This document shows, one piece after another, positions 17,122 to 26,112 of a stretch of 64,000 bases of DNA. The position numbers and the translations under genes are program-made. Location of the stretch: the sequence record PV112478.1; one strand, 5' to 3'. The notes under the pieces are model-generated. The model was not told where the DNA came from and did no database searches. It saw only the letters and a list, made by a program, of their open reading frames with translations. Each line of letters opens with the position of its first letter. Positions within the stretch are counted from its first letter, which is position 1.

Positions 17122-17467
17122 GTTTTCTTACCTTAACTAAGGGAACATTAATCGATTTAACGTTGTTGATTTTATAGCGCTGAGCAGAAACCCCAAAGGT
17201 GCGTACTCGAATCCCAGTCTCTCCGACGAAACGCAGGTGAGAGAGGGTAGAAAGTAAAGTAACAAAGTCTCTTTTGGTTATTCGACTCCATCCCAGAATA
17301 GCAACGGCGTTTTTCCCGACCAAACTCTCGATACAAATTTGAACAGGATGGGTGTTAGGGGCGGCCAGAGACCGCTCCTCAATGACCGCTTCTAACCAAT
17401 TGCTAAGAGGAGCAGATTCCTCTAACGTGGGGATACGATATTCTTTAACTGCCATAGCTGTTCTCAA
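17114..17467 (-). CDS. Hypothetical protein
   Basis: Tiling. Confidence 0.65.
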   Translation of the reverse strand: MRTAMAVKEYRIPTLEESAPLSNWLEAVIEERSLAAPNTHPVQICIESLVGKNAVAILGWSRITKRDFVTLLSTLSHLRFVGETGIRVRTFGVSAQRYKINNVKSINVPLVKVRKHA

Positions 17468-17945
17468 AGCGGAAGAAAGAACCCTCGATGGAGACCATCA
17501 CCTTGCTTTCCGCAGGGTACAATTCGTCTAAGGCATCTGCCATCACTTTCTCAATATCGATGTCTCCCCTCACACAAGGACAAATACCGCCAGTGATTTC
17601 TTTAGTGGCGGTCGAGTCAAGTGTGAGCTTCATGACAAGGTCACAGTCAGCATCGACACACGCCATGACGCTGACGTTGTCTCTTTCATAGTCCAACTGG
17701 AAGCGGTAGTTATTATTGCCTGAATTATGAATATGGAACTCCTCAGGGATCTCCCCCGTCTTGTTACATTTCTCAAGAAGCGAAAGGACAAGATTGACGT
17801 GTTCTTTGACTAAATGAACAACGTTGTTTTTCATTTTCTCTACGGCTTCTTTTTGTCCTTTAACATGGGACATAATCGCATTGAAAGCGACTTCAGAAGA
17901 AACAAAGGTTTTTAAAACCGCAGCAGAACGAAATTCAGTGGACAT
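17445..17945 (-). CDS. Hypothetical protein, first gene of early operon
   Basis: GGAG RBS, downstream of promoter at 18010. Confidence 0.75.
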   Translation of the reverse strand: MSTEFRSAAVLKTFVSSEVAFNAIMSHVKGQKEAVEKMKNNVVHLVKEHVNLVLSLLEKCNKTGEIPEEFHIHNSGNNNYRFQLDYERDNVSVMACVDADCDLVMKLTLDSTATKEITGGICPCVRGDIDIEKVMADALDELYPAESKVMVSIEGSFFRFENSYGS

Positions 17946-18000
17946 TTTTTATCTCCGTGTTAAGTACAAACTATTTAAAGACCAAGTAATTTTTGTTACC

Positions 18001-18029
18001 TTCACTCAAGTGATATAGGCTTTAAAACG
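18001..18029 (-). promoter_or_regulatory. Putative early promoter, copy 2
   Basis: cgttttaaa-GCCTATATCAC-ttgag-TGAA. Confidence 0.8.
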
Positions 18030-18042
18030 AATCGAAACAAAA

Positions 18043-18074
18043 AAAAGAAAGAGGGAATGACCCCTCTTTCTTTT
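18043..18074 (-). terminator. Intrinsic terminator after AAA ATPase
   Basis: AAAAGAAAGAGGG-aatgac-CCCTCTTTCTTTT. Confidence 0.8.
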
Positions 18075-18081
18075 ATTAGCC

Positions 18082-19398
18082 TTAGTTCAGAGAACGCCCT
18101 GTTTGAACGACGACTTCGCCTTCTTTCAGGTAGATTTTCTTGCGCGGCTTACGCAGCGCCGTTGCCAGCGGGATATCGCTCTTAGGAACGACATCAAACT
18201 TCGGTAAACCCGCCGCCGCGCGAGCTTCAACGGCCTCCATCGGGGTCAGCATACGGAAGTGTAACGGCTCGCCAAGATAGTGACGGCCATCGCGCATCAG
18301 TGCCGGTTCGATTTTCGATTTGTCGGTCAGGTTAGTCGTGATAATGATTTTACGCGTGGTGGCGCTCCCTACGCCGTCGGTTTCGTTCAGCAGTTCTGAC
18401 ATCATCGTGTTACCGTCAGCACGCGGACGTAAGAGGATATCCCCATCTTCCACAATCACGATTGGGAAGGTAGGATCTTTACGGGTTTTCGCGCCGTGGC
18501 TGTTTGGCAGCGTCAGCATATTACGGGTATTTTCAAAATGCGAACGGTCTTTGAAAAGTTCATAACGCGCATTTTCACCACTGGAGATTTCAACCCTTTC
18601 CATTTTGTCGTCGCTGAACGCGAAGATCTTAGAGATGAATTCTGGGTTTTCGAGGACCTCAGTTTTCTTCGCGTAGATCGCGAAAAGGTTCAGCGCCACG
18701 CAGGTAGCGGAAATGGCGGTCGATTTCCCGGTGCCCGGTTCGCCCATGAGGATCAGAACTGATTCATCAGACTGAATAAAGTCTTCGATGAGCGCTTCCA
18801 CACCACCGTTCAGGAACGGATAGAACTCCTTCTTCGTTTCGCCGCTATGGCGCATAACTCTGGGTTCAAGGTGTGTCATTTCACCCATTGGCGTTTTCCG
18901 AATAACGACTTCAGAATAATAAAATTCCTCTTTCGTTTCGTCAGTACGGTTATCGATTTTGATATTTTCTTGGATCTGAATCAACAGATCGTCGTAGATA
19001 TCTTTCGCCATCATACCTTCGATAGAGAGGTTAGACCTGATGTCGCTTTGAATACGAATGCAGGCGATCGGACGATTGTATTTATCCAGTCCGATGAACT
19101 GGTCATCGTCGTGCTGGAAGAAGCGATGTTTTTCCAGGAACGCAGTTAACCACTGCGTGGATTCGAAGTAGTATTTATTCTGATCGAACATTCGATCGGT
19201 ATCGATGTTGAAGATAGGGAGTCGATTTGCAGTCAGGAAATGACGTACCATTTTATTGACACGAATTTCTTCCTCGTTATTGCCTACGAAACGTGCGTAG
19301 CTCCCGTAAGCTTCGCCGAACGATTCGAAGATATCATTCAGTGATTTAATAGGTGCGTTATCAGAGAGAGATCCAGAGAAAAAAGCGTGCTTGTCCAT
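18082..19398 (-). CDS. AAA+ ATPase with large N-terminal domain
   Basis: Walker A GEPGTGKST, Walker B IVIVEDGD, LLNETDG, sensor-1 ITTN, Arg finger ALMRDGR. Confidence 0.9.
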   Translation of the reverse strand: MDKHAFFSGSLSDNAPIKSLNDIFESFGEAYGSYARFVGNNEEEIRVNKMVRHFLTANRLPIFNIDTDRMFDQNKYYFESTQWLTAFLEKHRFFQHDDDQFIGLDKYNRPIACIRIQSDIRSNLSIEGMMAKDIYDDLLIQIQENIKIDNRTDETKEEFYYSEVVIRKTPMGEMTHLEPRVMRHSGETKKEFYPFLNGGVEALIEDFIQSDESVLILMGEPGTGKSTAISATCVALNLFAIYAKKTEVLENPEFISKIFAFSDDKMERVEISSGENARYELFKDRSHFENTRNMLTLPNSHGAKTRKDPTFPIVIVEDGDILLRPRADGNTMMSELLNETDGVGSATTRKIIITTNLTDKSKIEPALMRDGRHYLGEPLHFRMLTPMEAVEARAAAGLPKFDVVPKSDIPLATALRKPRKKIYLKEGEVVVQTGRSLN

Positions 19399-19438
19399 TT
19401 AAAGTTCCTTAACGTTGTTTGTATCAGGGTGGGTTTAT

Positions 19439-19467
19439 TTCAATAACGTGATATAGATCTTAAAACT
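19439..19467 (-). promoter_or_regulatory. Putative early promoter, copy 3
   Basis: agttttaag-ATCTATATCAC-gttat-TGAA. Confidence 0.8.
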
Positions 19468-19483
19468 TTTAGAAAACAGGAGA

Positions 19484-19507
19484 GAGAGGAGGCGTTTGCC
19501 TCCTCTC
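19484..19507 (-). terminator. Intrinsic terminator
   Basis: GAGAGGAGGC-gttt-GCCTCCTCTC. Confidence 0.75.
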
Positions 19508-19509
19508 GA

Positions 19510-19863
19510 TTAATGAAGCCAGTCGTAGCTGATCAGTCCGAGATGAACAGAGCACCAAACGATAAAATAAAAGGTCAATAACACCGCCGCTACTAATACC
19601 TCCGGTTCCTTCTTAAATTGATAACGCTTAAAAAGGTAACCCGGATAGAATATTAGCCACCAGTAACTGGGCGATTGATCATTTTTCCCGGTACTTAATT
19701 GGAATTTATCCAGGAAGATCGAGAAGAACAACCAGACGATATAAAGGAAACTGATTACCCAAAGGTTATCAAACGGGAACGAATGATTTTCTGACTGGGA
19801 AAAGCAAATCGAGTAATAGCCGAAGGTAAGTAGATAACCGATTAACCACCACGCTATTTTCAT
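19510..19863 (-). CDS. Multi-pass membrane protein
   Basis: About 4 hydrophobic segments; PSYWWLIFYPGYLFKR motif shared with 36763..37167. Confidence 0.75.
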   Translation of the reverse strand: MKIAWWLIGYLLTFGYYSICFSQSENHSFPFDNLWVISFLYIVWLFFSIFLDKFQLSTGKNDQSPSYWWLIFYPGYLFKRYQFKKEPEVLVAAVLLTFYFIVWCSVHLGLISYDWLH

Positions 19864-20327
19864 TGTAGCATATCCGTACTGTAGGTTGAGATTAGAGCCT
19901 TGAGCTGTTTAAGGTTATATTTTCCTTTTAATTCCTCCCATGGGCCGTCTTTAAAAAACTGCATTTCAATGCTACGACAGTCAACATAACTAGAATAACC
20001 TTCTACTTTAATAACTAGTCGTAAACCGACCAACCGGCTAGGGGGTACTTTGGGTAACTTCAGCGGGATATGAATACTGAAATTATTCTTTCGCATAATC
20101 CCTTGGTTATTGGAATCGGGAATACGGTAGACTTTAGCCGAACTCCACGGATCGACGTAATTGGCTTTGGTAATATCGTTAACGTCGAAAAGAGAATACG
20201 CGGTGCGCTCTAGCGCCTGCAAGTAAAGATCAGTCCTTAGCCAAGGAAGATCTAAATCGTAGATGTCTTTTAAAGACCGACTAAGCGGAGTGTTGAGTTT
20301 AAATTCCATTGCGTTTTCTTTTACCAT
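19860..20327 (-). CDS. Hypothetical protein
   Basis: Tiling with coupled overlaps. Confidence 0.7.
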   Translation of the reverse strand: MVKENAMEFKLNTPLSRSLKDIYDLDLPWLRTDLYLQALERTAYSLFDVNDITKANYVDPWSSAKVYRIPDSNNQGIMRKNNFSIHIPLKLPKVPPSRLVGLRLVIKVEGYSSYVDCRSIEMQFFKDGPWEELKGKYNLKQLKALISTYSTDMLQ

Positions 20328-20632
20328 TAAAAGATGAGTCTGATTTCAAAACGCACAGGTATTTTCAAGTGCTTCAATTTTGCTCTTGCTTTTCCTGAAC
20401 AGGCGACTTCAAGCACCAGTTTCTCTGGTAAGTGGTAATCGAACTTGTTCAGATACTCGATACGTTTCTTGATAGACTCGATTGCAGTATTAATCAAGAA
20501 CGGCGCTCCTGTCGATTTCCCGTCTAACGTGAAATAACCTTTAAGCGGGAGAACACCGAACAAGGAATTAATAGAGACTGCCCATTCAGGCAGTCCTTCT
20601 ATCGCGTGATAATACGGAAGTTGTTTCATCAC
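20327..20632 (-). CDS. Hypothetical protein
   Basis: Tiling. Confidence 0.7.
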   Translation of the reverse strand: MMKQLPYYHAIEGLPEWAVSINSLFGVLPLKGYFTLDGKSTGAPFLINTAIESIKKRIEYLNKFDYHLPEKLVLEVACSGKARAKLKHLKIPVRFEIRLIF

Positions 20633-21957
20633 TTACCTTTCATTACTAATGTACAGGGTTGCCAGATACCACGTTCGCGTGCGGCAATCTGCGCATTTTG
20701 TAAAATCACTACTTGATCAGAAAGGTCGCCGTTTTTAGGAACGACTTCATCAGCAGGAATAGTCATACGCAGCTCTTCCCCTTCGAAGTAGACCTCTGTA
20801 ATAGCATCCGCACTGAGATTCTCTTCGATGTTGAGCATAATCCATTGATCTGCTTTACGTACTTCATTCTCAGCCATGATATCCGCGTATTGAGTAATCA
20901 GTTTACGATTACGCACTGTCTCCTCAGAACTCGACACACGCCCGCTGTGGATGGTCCAGAATTCCCCGCCAAAATGCGCATAACCGCTCTTCTTGATAGT
21001 CCCGTCTTTAAGTCCAGCAGAGCCAAATAAACGAATAGCCGGAGAGGCCATCAGGCCACGCCAACGTAACGCGTCGCGTACTAACTCGTTGTGCTCATCG
21101 ATGGTATTAGCGCCATTGGTGAAGGTCTCTTTAAAACCGAGGTTTTTAATTTCATCGGTACTCGGGGTTTTTAGTGTAACTGATGTCCCGGATGCGGGTA
21201 ACTCAATGTTTACCTTTTTCGCTAATTCGGCGCGGATAAAAGCCTGAAGTTCATCAGACGTTTCAGTGACGGGGATAGCGAAACGATCGTTGACGTCAGG
21301 GACTGGTTTCAGGTTAAAACCGAGCAGGTTGTTCCGGCCATTACGGAAAGTGATCAACACGGTATTGTTGTCGTTCTGGACGCGGACATTATTGATAGGG
21401 CCGTTATAATCAGAACCGCTTAGGGTTTCATACAGCGCCCGGATTTCTGTTTCAACGTCTTTGCTAAACTGCGCTTTCGGATAGGGTTTAGTCATCCCTG
21501 GTTCCTGAAGCCCAAAATCCCATTCGATTATCTCGTGAATCTCCCGCCTATGTTTATTGGGTTCAATAACCGATTGACGACGAAGTTCAGCCAATTCCTG
21601 AGCCATACGCCGTACTTCGTACATGAATACCGTACAGCCGTCAGGTTGAGTAGGAAGAGTTTGATAATATTCGATACGGCTCAGGGGGAGTTGATCTTGC
21701 TTGTCCATTTCAACCTCGGTCAGTTTGTCCAATAAAGCGATTTCGTTGTAAGCGCCAAATACGGTGTCTATTCCGTATTTGTACTCTTCAATTTCTTCTT
21801 TCGGTAATTTACCGTAAAAGATATAATCGATACCGTTACACGGTTCGCAAATAACCCCGCCTAGTGCTTCAATACGCTTAGCATATTGTTCACGACTGAA
21901 CCGACTAAACTCACCCACTAATGCGATGTGCATTTTATCCATGGTATCACCTGACAT
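20629..21957 (-). CDS. Mosaic protein with N-terminal BRCT-like domain
   Basis: IALVGEFSRFSREQYAKRIEALGGVI..IDYIFYG resembles the ligase-type BRCT; several further modules. Confidence 0.65.
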   Translation of the reverse strand: MSGDTMDKMHIALVGEFSRFSREQYAKRIEALGGVICEPCNGIDYIFYGKLPKEEIEEYKYGIDTVFGAYNEIALLDKLTEVEMDKQDQLPLSRIEYYQTLPTQPDGCTVFMYEVRRMAQELAELRRQSVIEPNKHRREIHEIIEWDFGLQEPGMTKPYPKAQFSKDVETEIRALYETLSGSDYNGPINNVRVQNDNNTVLITFRNGRNNLLGFNLKPVPDVNDRFAIPVTETSDELQAFIRAELAKKVNIELPASGTSVTLKTPSTDEIKNLGFKETFTNGANTIDEHNELVRDALRWRGLMASPAIRLFGSAGLKDGTIKKSGYAHFGGEFWTIHSGRVSSSEETVRNRKLITQYADIMAENEVRKADQWIMLNIEENLSADAITEVYFEGEELRMTIPADEVVPKNGDLSDQVVILQNAQIAARERGIWQPCTLVMKGK

Positions 21958-21976
21958 TTACTACCTCTTTAATTAG

Positions 21977-22543
21977 TTAAAACCAATCTTCAATAACCCT
22001 TTCCAGGTCGCCTACGCTACTGCTCAACCAGTTCGTTTCATCCGTCCATTCTGTCCAAGGCTGAACCTCGTTTAACAAAGAACAGTCTTTACGCACTTTG
22101 ATAACGGAAAGATCGAGATTAAAAACAATCTCATGTTGAGTCAGTTGCAAATAGAAGATTCCCGTCTGTGATTCTTGGTCCCAGAAAGTCCCGGAACTAG
22201 AGGGATACCGATAAGCGTTTTCGCTGCCCTCAAAATACGCTCCTGTATCCCAGAAAGTCTTCACCCACGGACCAGATTCGTCGTATCCGTTATTCGCCAT
22301 AAACTCGAAGTCTACGAAGGTAAATTGACGTGAGCTAATATATTGACTTACGACTTTCTTGAGCGTTGCAAGTGTCAGCGGCTCTTCGGCAAAGGTTGGG
22401 GAATTGAAAAGTGATTCGTCTTTCCGGTTCATTTGCTCACGAATCTTGCCGGTGAGATCATAACGCTCGGTATGCTCACACAGTTCACTTAGAATCTCAT
22501 CTACTACTTCACGGGTGAGTACAACCACTTTATCGTTAGACAT
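21977..22543 (-). CDS. Hypothetical protein
   Basis: Tiling. Confidence 0.7.
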   Translation of the reverse strand: MSNDKVVVLTREVVDEILSELCEHTERYDLTGKIREQMNRKDESLFNSPTFAEEPLTLATLKKVVSQYISSRQFTFVDFEFMANNGYDESGPWVKTFWDTGAYFEGSENAYRYPSSSGTFWDQESQTGIFYLQLTQHEIVFNLDLSVIKVRKDCSLLNEVQPWTEWTDETNWLSSSVGDLERVIEDWF

Positions 22544-22545
22544 TT

Positions 22546-22815
22546 TCAGAGCACCTTATTAATCAAGTACAATTTCACTCGGACGATGACTTCCTGGCAA
22601 TATTCTTCATTGGAGATCGCTTCTAAAGCAGAACATTCGATGGCCGTAAGAATTCTTCTTGGCTGCCACCCTCCTGTTAACGCGGCATCAATGAACCCCG
22701 TCCAATCAATAGTGAATCCTGCGTTAAATATCTTACTTACTGCAATATCTAAGGGCAGTCCGTGAGTAGCAACCAAGAAGAACAATTTATCTCCCGAGAA
22801 CAAATTATTTTTCAT
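22546..22815 (-). CDS. Small protein resembling an alanyl-tRNA synthetase helical subdomain
   Basis: SGDKLFFLVATHGLPLDI..GFTIDWTGF versus AlaRS GE.AF.LYDTYGFPLDLT..G..VD..GF. Confidence 0.55.
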   Translation of the reverse strand: MKNNLFSGDKLFFLVATHGLPLDIAVSKIFNAGFTIDWTGFIDAALTGGWQPRRILTAIECSALEAISNEEYCQEVIVRVKLYLINKVL

Positions 22816-23341
22816 TTCGCAATTTCCTTCCTATCGATTCTATTTCATCCAACAAGGGTTTCAACGTATAAAGACCCTCGATCGTTTCTAGTGGGTTATC
22901 CGCCCGTAATCGAGACACGGTTTCGCGGTGACGTTCAAACCACTCAGCGTCGGTCTCAGGAACTTCTAGTATCTCCCACCACCTTGCTTCCGATTTCTTT
23001 TTCTTCCCGAAACGTTTTCCTTCGTGAAGTTGAACCTCTTGAACAACGAATCGGCCTCTTCCGGTGGTGATCTCTTCAGGTTCCCCAATAGGGGAATACT
23101 CTTCAGTAATACTCCCTACCCATTTCTCTTTGAAGTTTATTTCCCAACGGCATTTACTCCCCCAGGCAAAATAAATCCCTGTGGTTTCGATCAGTAAGAC
23201 TTTACCGTTTTCAGAAGCGAATGAGGCCGCTGGAGAAATTCCGCGACGGTAAAGTGTTCGATTACCAACAATTAACATTTTACCGTGTTCGCTAGAGACG
23301 AAAGAGGCCAGAATCATTATTTCATTTTCCTCAGGTTCCAT
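22805..23341 (-). CDS. Hypothetical protein
   Basis: Tiling. Confidence 0.65.
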   Translation of the reverse strand: MEPEENEIMILASFVSSEHGKMLIVGNRTLYRRGISPAASFASENGKVLLIETTGIYFAWGSKCRWEINFKEKWVGSITEEYSPIGEPEEITTGRGRFVVQEVQLHEGKRFGKKKKSEARWWEILEVPETDAEWFERHRETVSRLRADNPLETIEGLYTLKPLLDEIESIGRKLRNEK

Positions 23342-23562
23342 TGCACGATAATTTCTTCGTATTTCTCAATGGCCGTTTCTTGGTCATGAAATACCAACCA
23401 ACCCATCTTGCTTGGGTTAGACGTATAGAGCAGCCCAATTGAAGGTTTAGCGCCGCCCCAGTTTGTATTGAGTTTTGAAATAGGCGGAGTAACATGTACC
23501 AATTCGCCAAAGTCAATGACATGATCGTTGATAATAACACTTTTAATTTCTTCGTCGGTCAC
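23317..23562 (-). CDS. Hypothetical protein, first gene of early operon
   Basis: GTG start with AAGGAG, downstream of promoter at 23609. Confidence 0.7.
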   Translation of the reverse strand: MTDEEIKSVIINDHVIDFGELVHVTPPISKLNTNWGGAKPSIGLLYTSNPSKMGWLVFHDQETAIEKYEEIIVQWNLRKMK

Positions 23563-23599
23563 GGTAGGAACTCCTTATAAACGATTTTGTTTACGTTCT

Positions 23600-23628
23600 T
23601 TCACTAGGGTGATATAGGTGTGAAACAG
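23600..23628 (-). promoter_or_regulatory. Putative early promoter, copy 4
   Basis: ctgtttcac-ACCTATATCAC-cctag-TGAA. Confidence 0.8.
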
Positions 23629-23646
23629 GGTCGAGTTGACCCTGTT
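23624..23646 (-). terminator. Hairpin terminator
   Basis: AACAGGGTC-gagtt-GACCCTGTT. Confidence 0.65.
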
Positions 23647-23658
23647 CCCATAGTACGT

Positions 23659-25038
23659 TTAACTTACAGCTTTTAAGACGTTATAACTTACTGCTTCGAC
23701 AGGTTTAGTGACGTCGTACGTCCGTAGCGCGTTTTCATAGGCTACCGGGTCATGTTTGTTCAGCATGAAAAGCGCTTGAACAGATGCACCGGGTAAAGGA
23801 GAGAAAGGAAGGTTATTACTAGGTTCCGTATCAGGGAATGCCATTTTGAAGAACTGACGAATTTCTTTATCGCCTAATACTTCTACTTCAGCCCTGACGT
23901 CTATTCTCCCGTCCCGCAGCAGCGCATCGTCAAGTTTCTCAGGGCGGTTAGTCGTCAGGAAAACGATAACATCATTCAACCGCAAGACGCCGTCTAACGC
24001 GTTGAGGAAATCTGACAAGCTACCGTTTAGGTACTCGTCCATTGCTTTATCGTCAGAACTTTGTTCTTCAACGACGAAAGGGGTATTTTTGAGTTCTTCT
24101 GGGTTTTCCGGTTTGTTTCCCTCTTTTAAGTCAATGATAACCTTTTCTTTACTCCGCGCTTTCGTGAACGAATACGTGTCAATATCCTCGATAATCACAA
24201 CCCCGCCAGCTGCTCGTTGGAAAAGCGCTTGGTATTGTAATCCACCGGCGGGTTTGAGGATATGAATATCGCGCCCTAACGCCGCCGCTAATGCCGAAAT
24301 CAAACTGCTTTTTCCGGTGCCCGGTAAACCGTATAACAACACCGTGAACTTATAAGCCAGTCCTCGTGATTCGTACCAGTCTTTACTCTTATTAAAATCG
24401 AAGATAGGGTCGATTAACTCGCGCTGGACTTTATCCGTAACGACTATGGTTTTAAGGTCTCTTTTCTTCAGTCGGCACAAATAATTCCAACTGTCGGTAG
24501 TATTGACAAATGTCCGTATGTTGTCTTTACCCGTATCTTTCAGCATAAACTCATCCATCAGGTTTAAGATAGGTTTATGACTGCGACCGAATTTACTGAT
24601 ACTAAGACGGTATTTCGAATTACTCGCAGCGTTAGCGTCGATTTCCGTGATAGAGAAAACAAACACAGTGCCCTTATGGAGAAAGAAATGTGAGCCCGCA
24701 CCAGGTCCCACTGCGCCGGACTCTCCGTTCGCGTCGCCATCAATCGTTATCGTCCTACTCCAATGGAACCAACTATTCTTAGCAAACCATTTCAGGAATG
24801 CCCCGTATTGTTCGGAGTTATAATTACTCCAGTTGGTTCCTGAGGTGTTAAAAACCAAACTGGTAACAAACTGACGTTTGACCCATTGTGCTACCGCCTT
24901 GGGCGTTTTGATTAACCCCCAACCAATCGCCCCTGATACCGCGATAGAGCTCGCGGCGACAATCGCATTCTGTGCCATGGGGTAGTCTTTAAAGTTAGAC
25001 AAAATATGGTCGTAAAATGACATTAGTTGTTCGAGCAT
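23659..25038 (-). CDS. BCS1-like membrane-anchored AAA+ ATPase
   Basis: N-terminal TM, PGAGSHFF (BCS1_N-like), WYESRGLAYK..LLYGLPGTGKSSL, IIEDID, LSDFLNALDG, TTNRPEKLDDALLRDGRID. Confidence 0.88.
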   Translation of the reverse strand: MLEQLMSFYDHILSNFKDYPMAQNAIVAASSIAVSGAIGWGLIKTPKAVAQWVKRQFVTSLVFNTSGTNWSNYNSEQYGAFLKWFAKNSWFHWSRTITIDGDANGESGAVGPGAGSHFFLHKGTVFVFSITEIDANAASNSKYRLSISKFGRSHKPILNLMDEFMLKDTGKDNIRTFVNTTDSWNYLCRLKKRDLKTIVVTDKVQRELIDPIFDFNKSKDWYESRGLAYKFTVLLYGLPGTGKSSLISALAAALGRDIHILKPAGGLQYQALFQRAAGGVVIIEDIDTYSFTKARSKEKVIIDLKEGNKPENPEELKNTPFVVEEQSSDDKAMDEYLNGSLSDFLNALDGVLRLNDVIVFLTTNRPEKLDDALLRDGRIDVRAEVEVLGDKEIRQFFKMAFPDTEPSNNLPFSPLPGASVQALFMLNKHDPVAYENALRTYDVTKPVEAVSYNVLKAVS

Positions 25039-25105
25039 TATTATTCCCCGTTACGGTGATTAAAGTCGTACCATATTCTTACTCTCTGCCGTAAAAAGCA
25101 AAAAA

Positions 25106-25133
25106 AAAAGAGGAGGGAAACCCCTCCTCTTTT
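25106..25133 (-). terminator. Intrinsic terminator
   Basis: AAAAGAGGAGGG-aaac-CCCTCCTCTTTT with long U-tract on minus strand. Confidence 0.85.
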
Positions 25134-25136
25134 AGA

Positions 25137-25301
25137 TTAGTCTAAATCGTTGAGTTCCTGACGTACGATCTTTTTACTGATACGACGTTCAGCACGGTGA
25201 GTCAAGAGTTTAGAGTATGGACCAGGGATTGTTGGGTTACCTGGCCGGGCGCTCCAGAATTCTTGACTTTGAGCCTTAGAACCGCGTTTGGTTCTTGCCA
25301 T
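25137..25301 (-). CDS. 54-aa basic peptide
   Basis: MARTKRGSKAQSQEFWSARPG...THRAERRISKK; start moved to ATG 25301. Confidence 0.65.
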   Translation of the reverse strand: MARTKRGSKAQSQEFWSARPGNPTIPGPYSKLLTHRAERRISKKIVRQELNDLD

Positions 25302-25359
25302 GATTTGAGTCCTCGAGTTAAAGTAGGTAATCGAGGACGAACTTGAAAATAATGCATTT

Positions 25360-25743
25360 TTATCCCGCAGTAAAAATAAACCAGTCTTTATCAAAATCAA
25401 ATGATTTATTTTTAAGAATTAAAAAGAGTTTTAATCCCTCATAATCGTTCCATCGATCGTCGTTTTGCTCGTTATTACGCGCAGTAATCTCAGAGATGAT
25501 TAATGGGATATCATCCTTAGTAATAACCCACGGCCCCAAGTCATCGTTAGAGCAGAGGTTCGCAGCAGCCATAATTTCGGCTAATGTATGTTGATTCTTC
25601 CAAGATGCTATTCTCTTTGGTGAGACAGCATCATTGTTAAAGACCTCATCGTATTCAAATGTTTTCCCTACACCGCCTTCGCCTGTAACCGGTTCCAATA
25701 CCGTGTCTTTATCGACCGAATAAAACGTGAGAAAAAATCCCAT
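25360..25743 (-). CDS. Hypothetical protein
   Basis: Tiling. Confidence 0.7.
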   Translation of the reverse strand: MGFFLTFYSVDKDTVLEPVTGEGGVGKTFEYDEVFNNDAVSPKRIASWKNQHTLAEIMAAANLCSNDDLGPWVITKDDIPLIISEITARNNEQNDDRWNDYEGLKLFLILKNKSFDFDKDWFIFTAG

Positions 25744-26109
25744 CTATTCCCCTCCCCAATAATAAGTTAAGATTGAATCGAAGTCAGCGATGCACCAGAA
25801 GGTATCTAACTCAATCCAAGAATCAATAATGTCGGAAGAACCCTCTACTATCCAGGTATCTAGCAGTTCCCTGATCTCATCACCCATTAAAACAAAATGA
25901 ATTCCGGGTCGAGGGAAATTATACTTGGCCTGTACCAGTTTATGGAAAGACTCCGCGCTTTTTCCGCTGATTCCACGCACCGCTAATGTCGGGCCAAGGT
26001 TATGCCCGTAGGTTAAGTATTGCCGTGTTTTCCCTGCTTCTGTTTCGTAGTTGTCTATCTTTTCGGGTATCACACAGTCACGCTGAAATTCCCTCAGTTC
26101 AACAAACAT
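25744..26109 (-). CDS. Hypothetical protein
   Basis: GAGG RBS, tiling. Confidence 0.7.
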   Translation of the reverse strand: MFVELREFQRDCVIPEKIDNYETEAGKTRQYLTYGHNLGPTLAVRGISGKSAESFHKLVQAKYNFPRPGIHFVLMGDEIRELLDTWIVEGSSDIIDSWIELDTFWCIADFDSILTYYWGGE

Positions 26110-26112
26110 AGT

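Noticed and set aside
25302-25400. Upstream extension of the basic peptide ORF, and similar extensions at 55157..55300, 55883..55990 and 62720..62758
   Set aside because: They overlap neighbouring genes; downstream ATGs have a better RBS or translational coupling.
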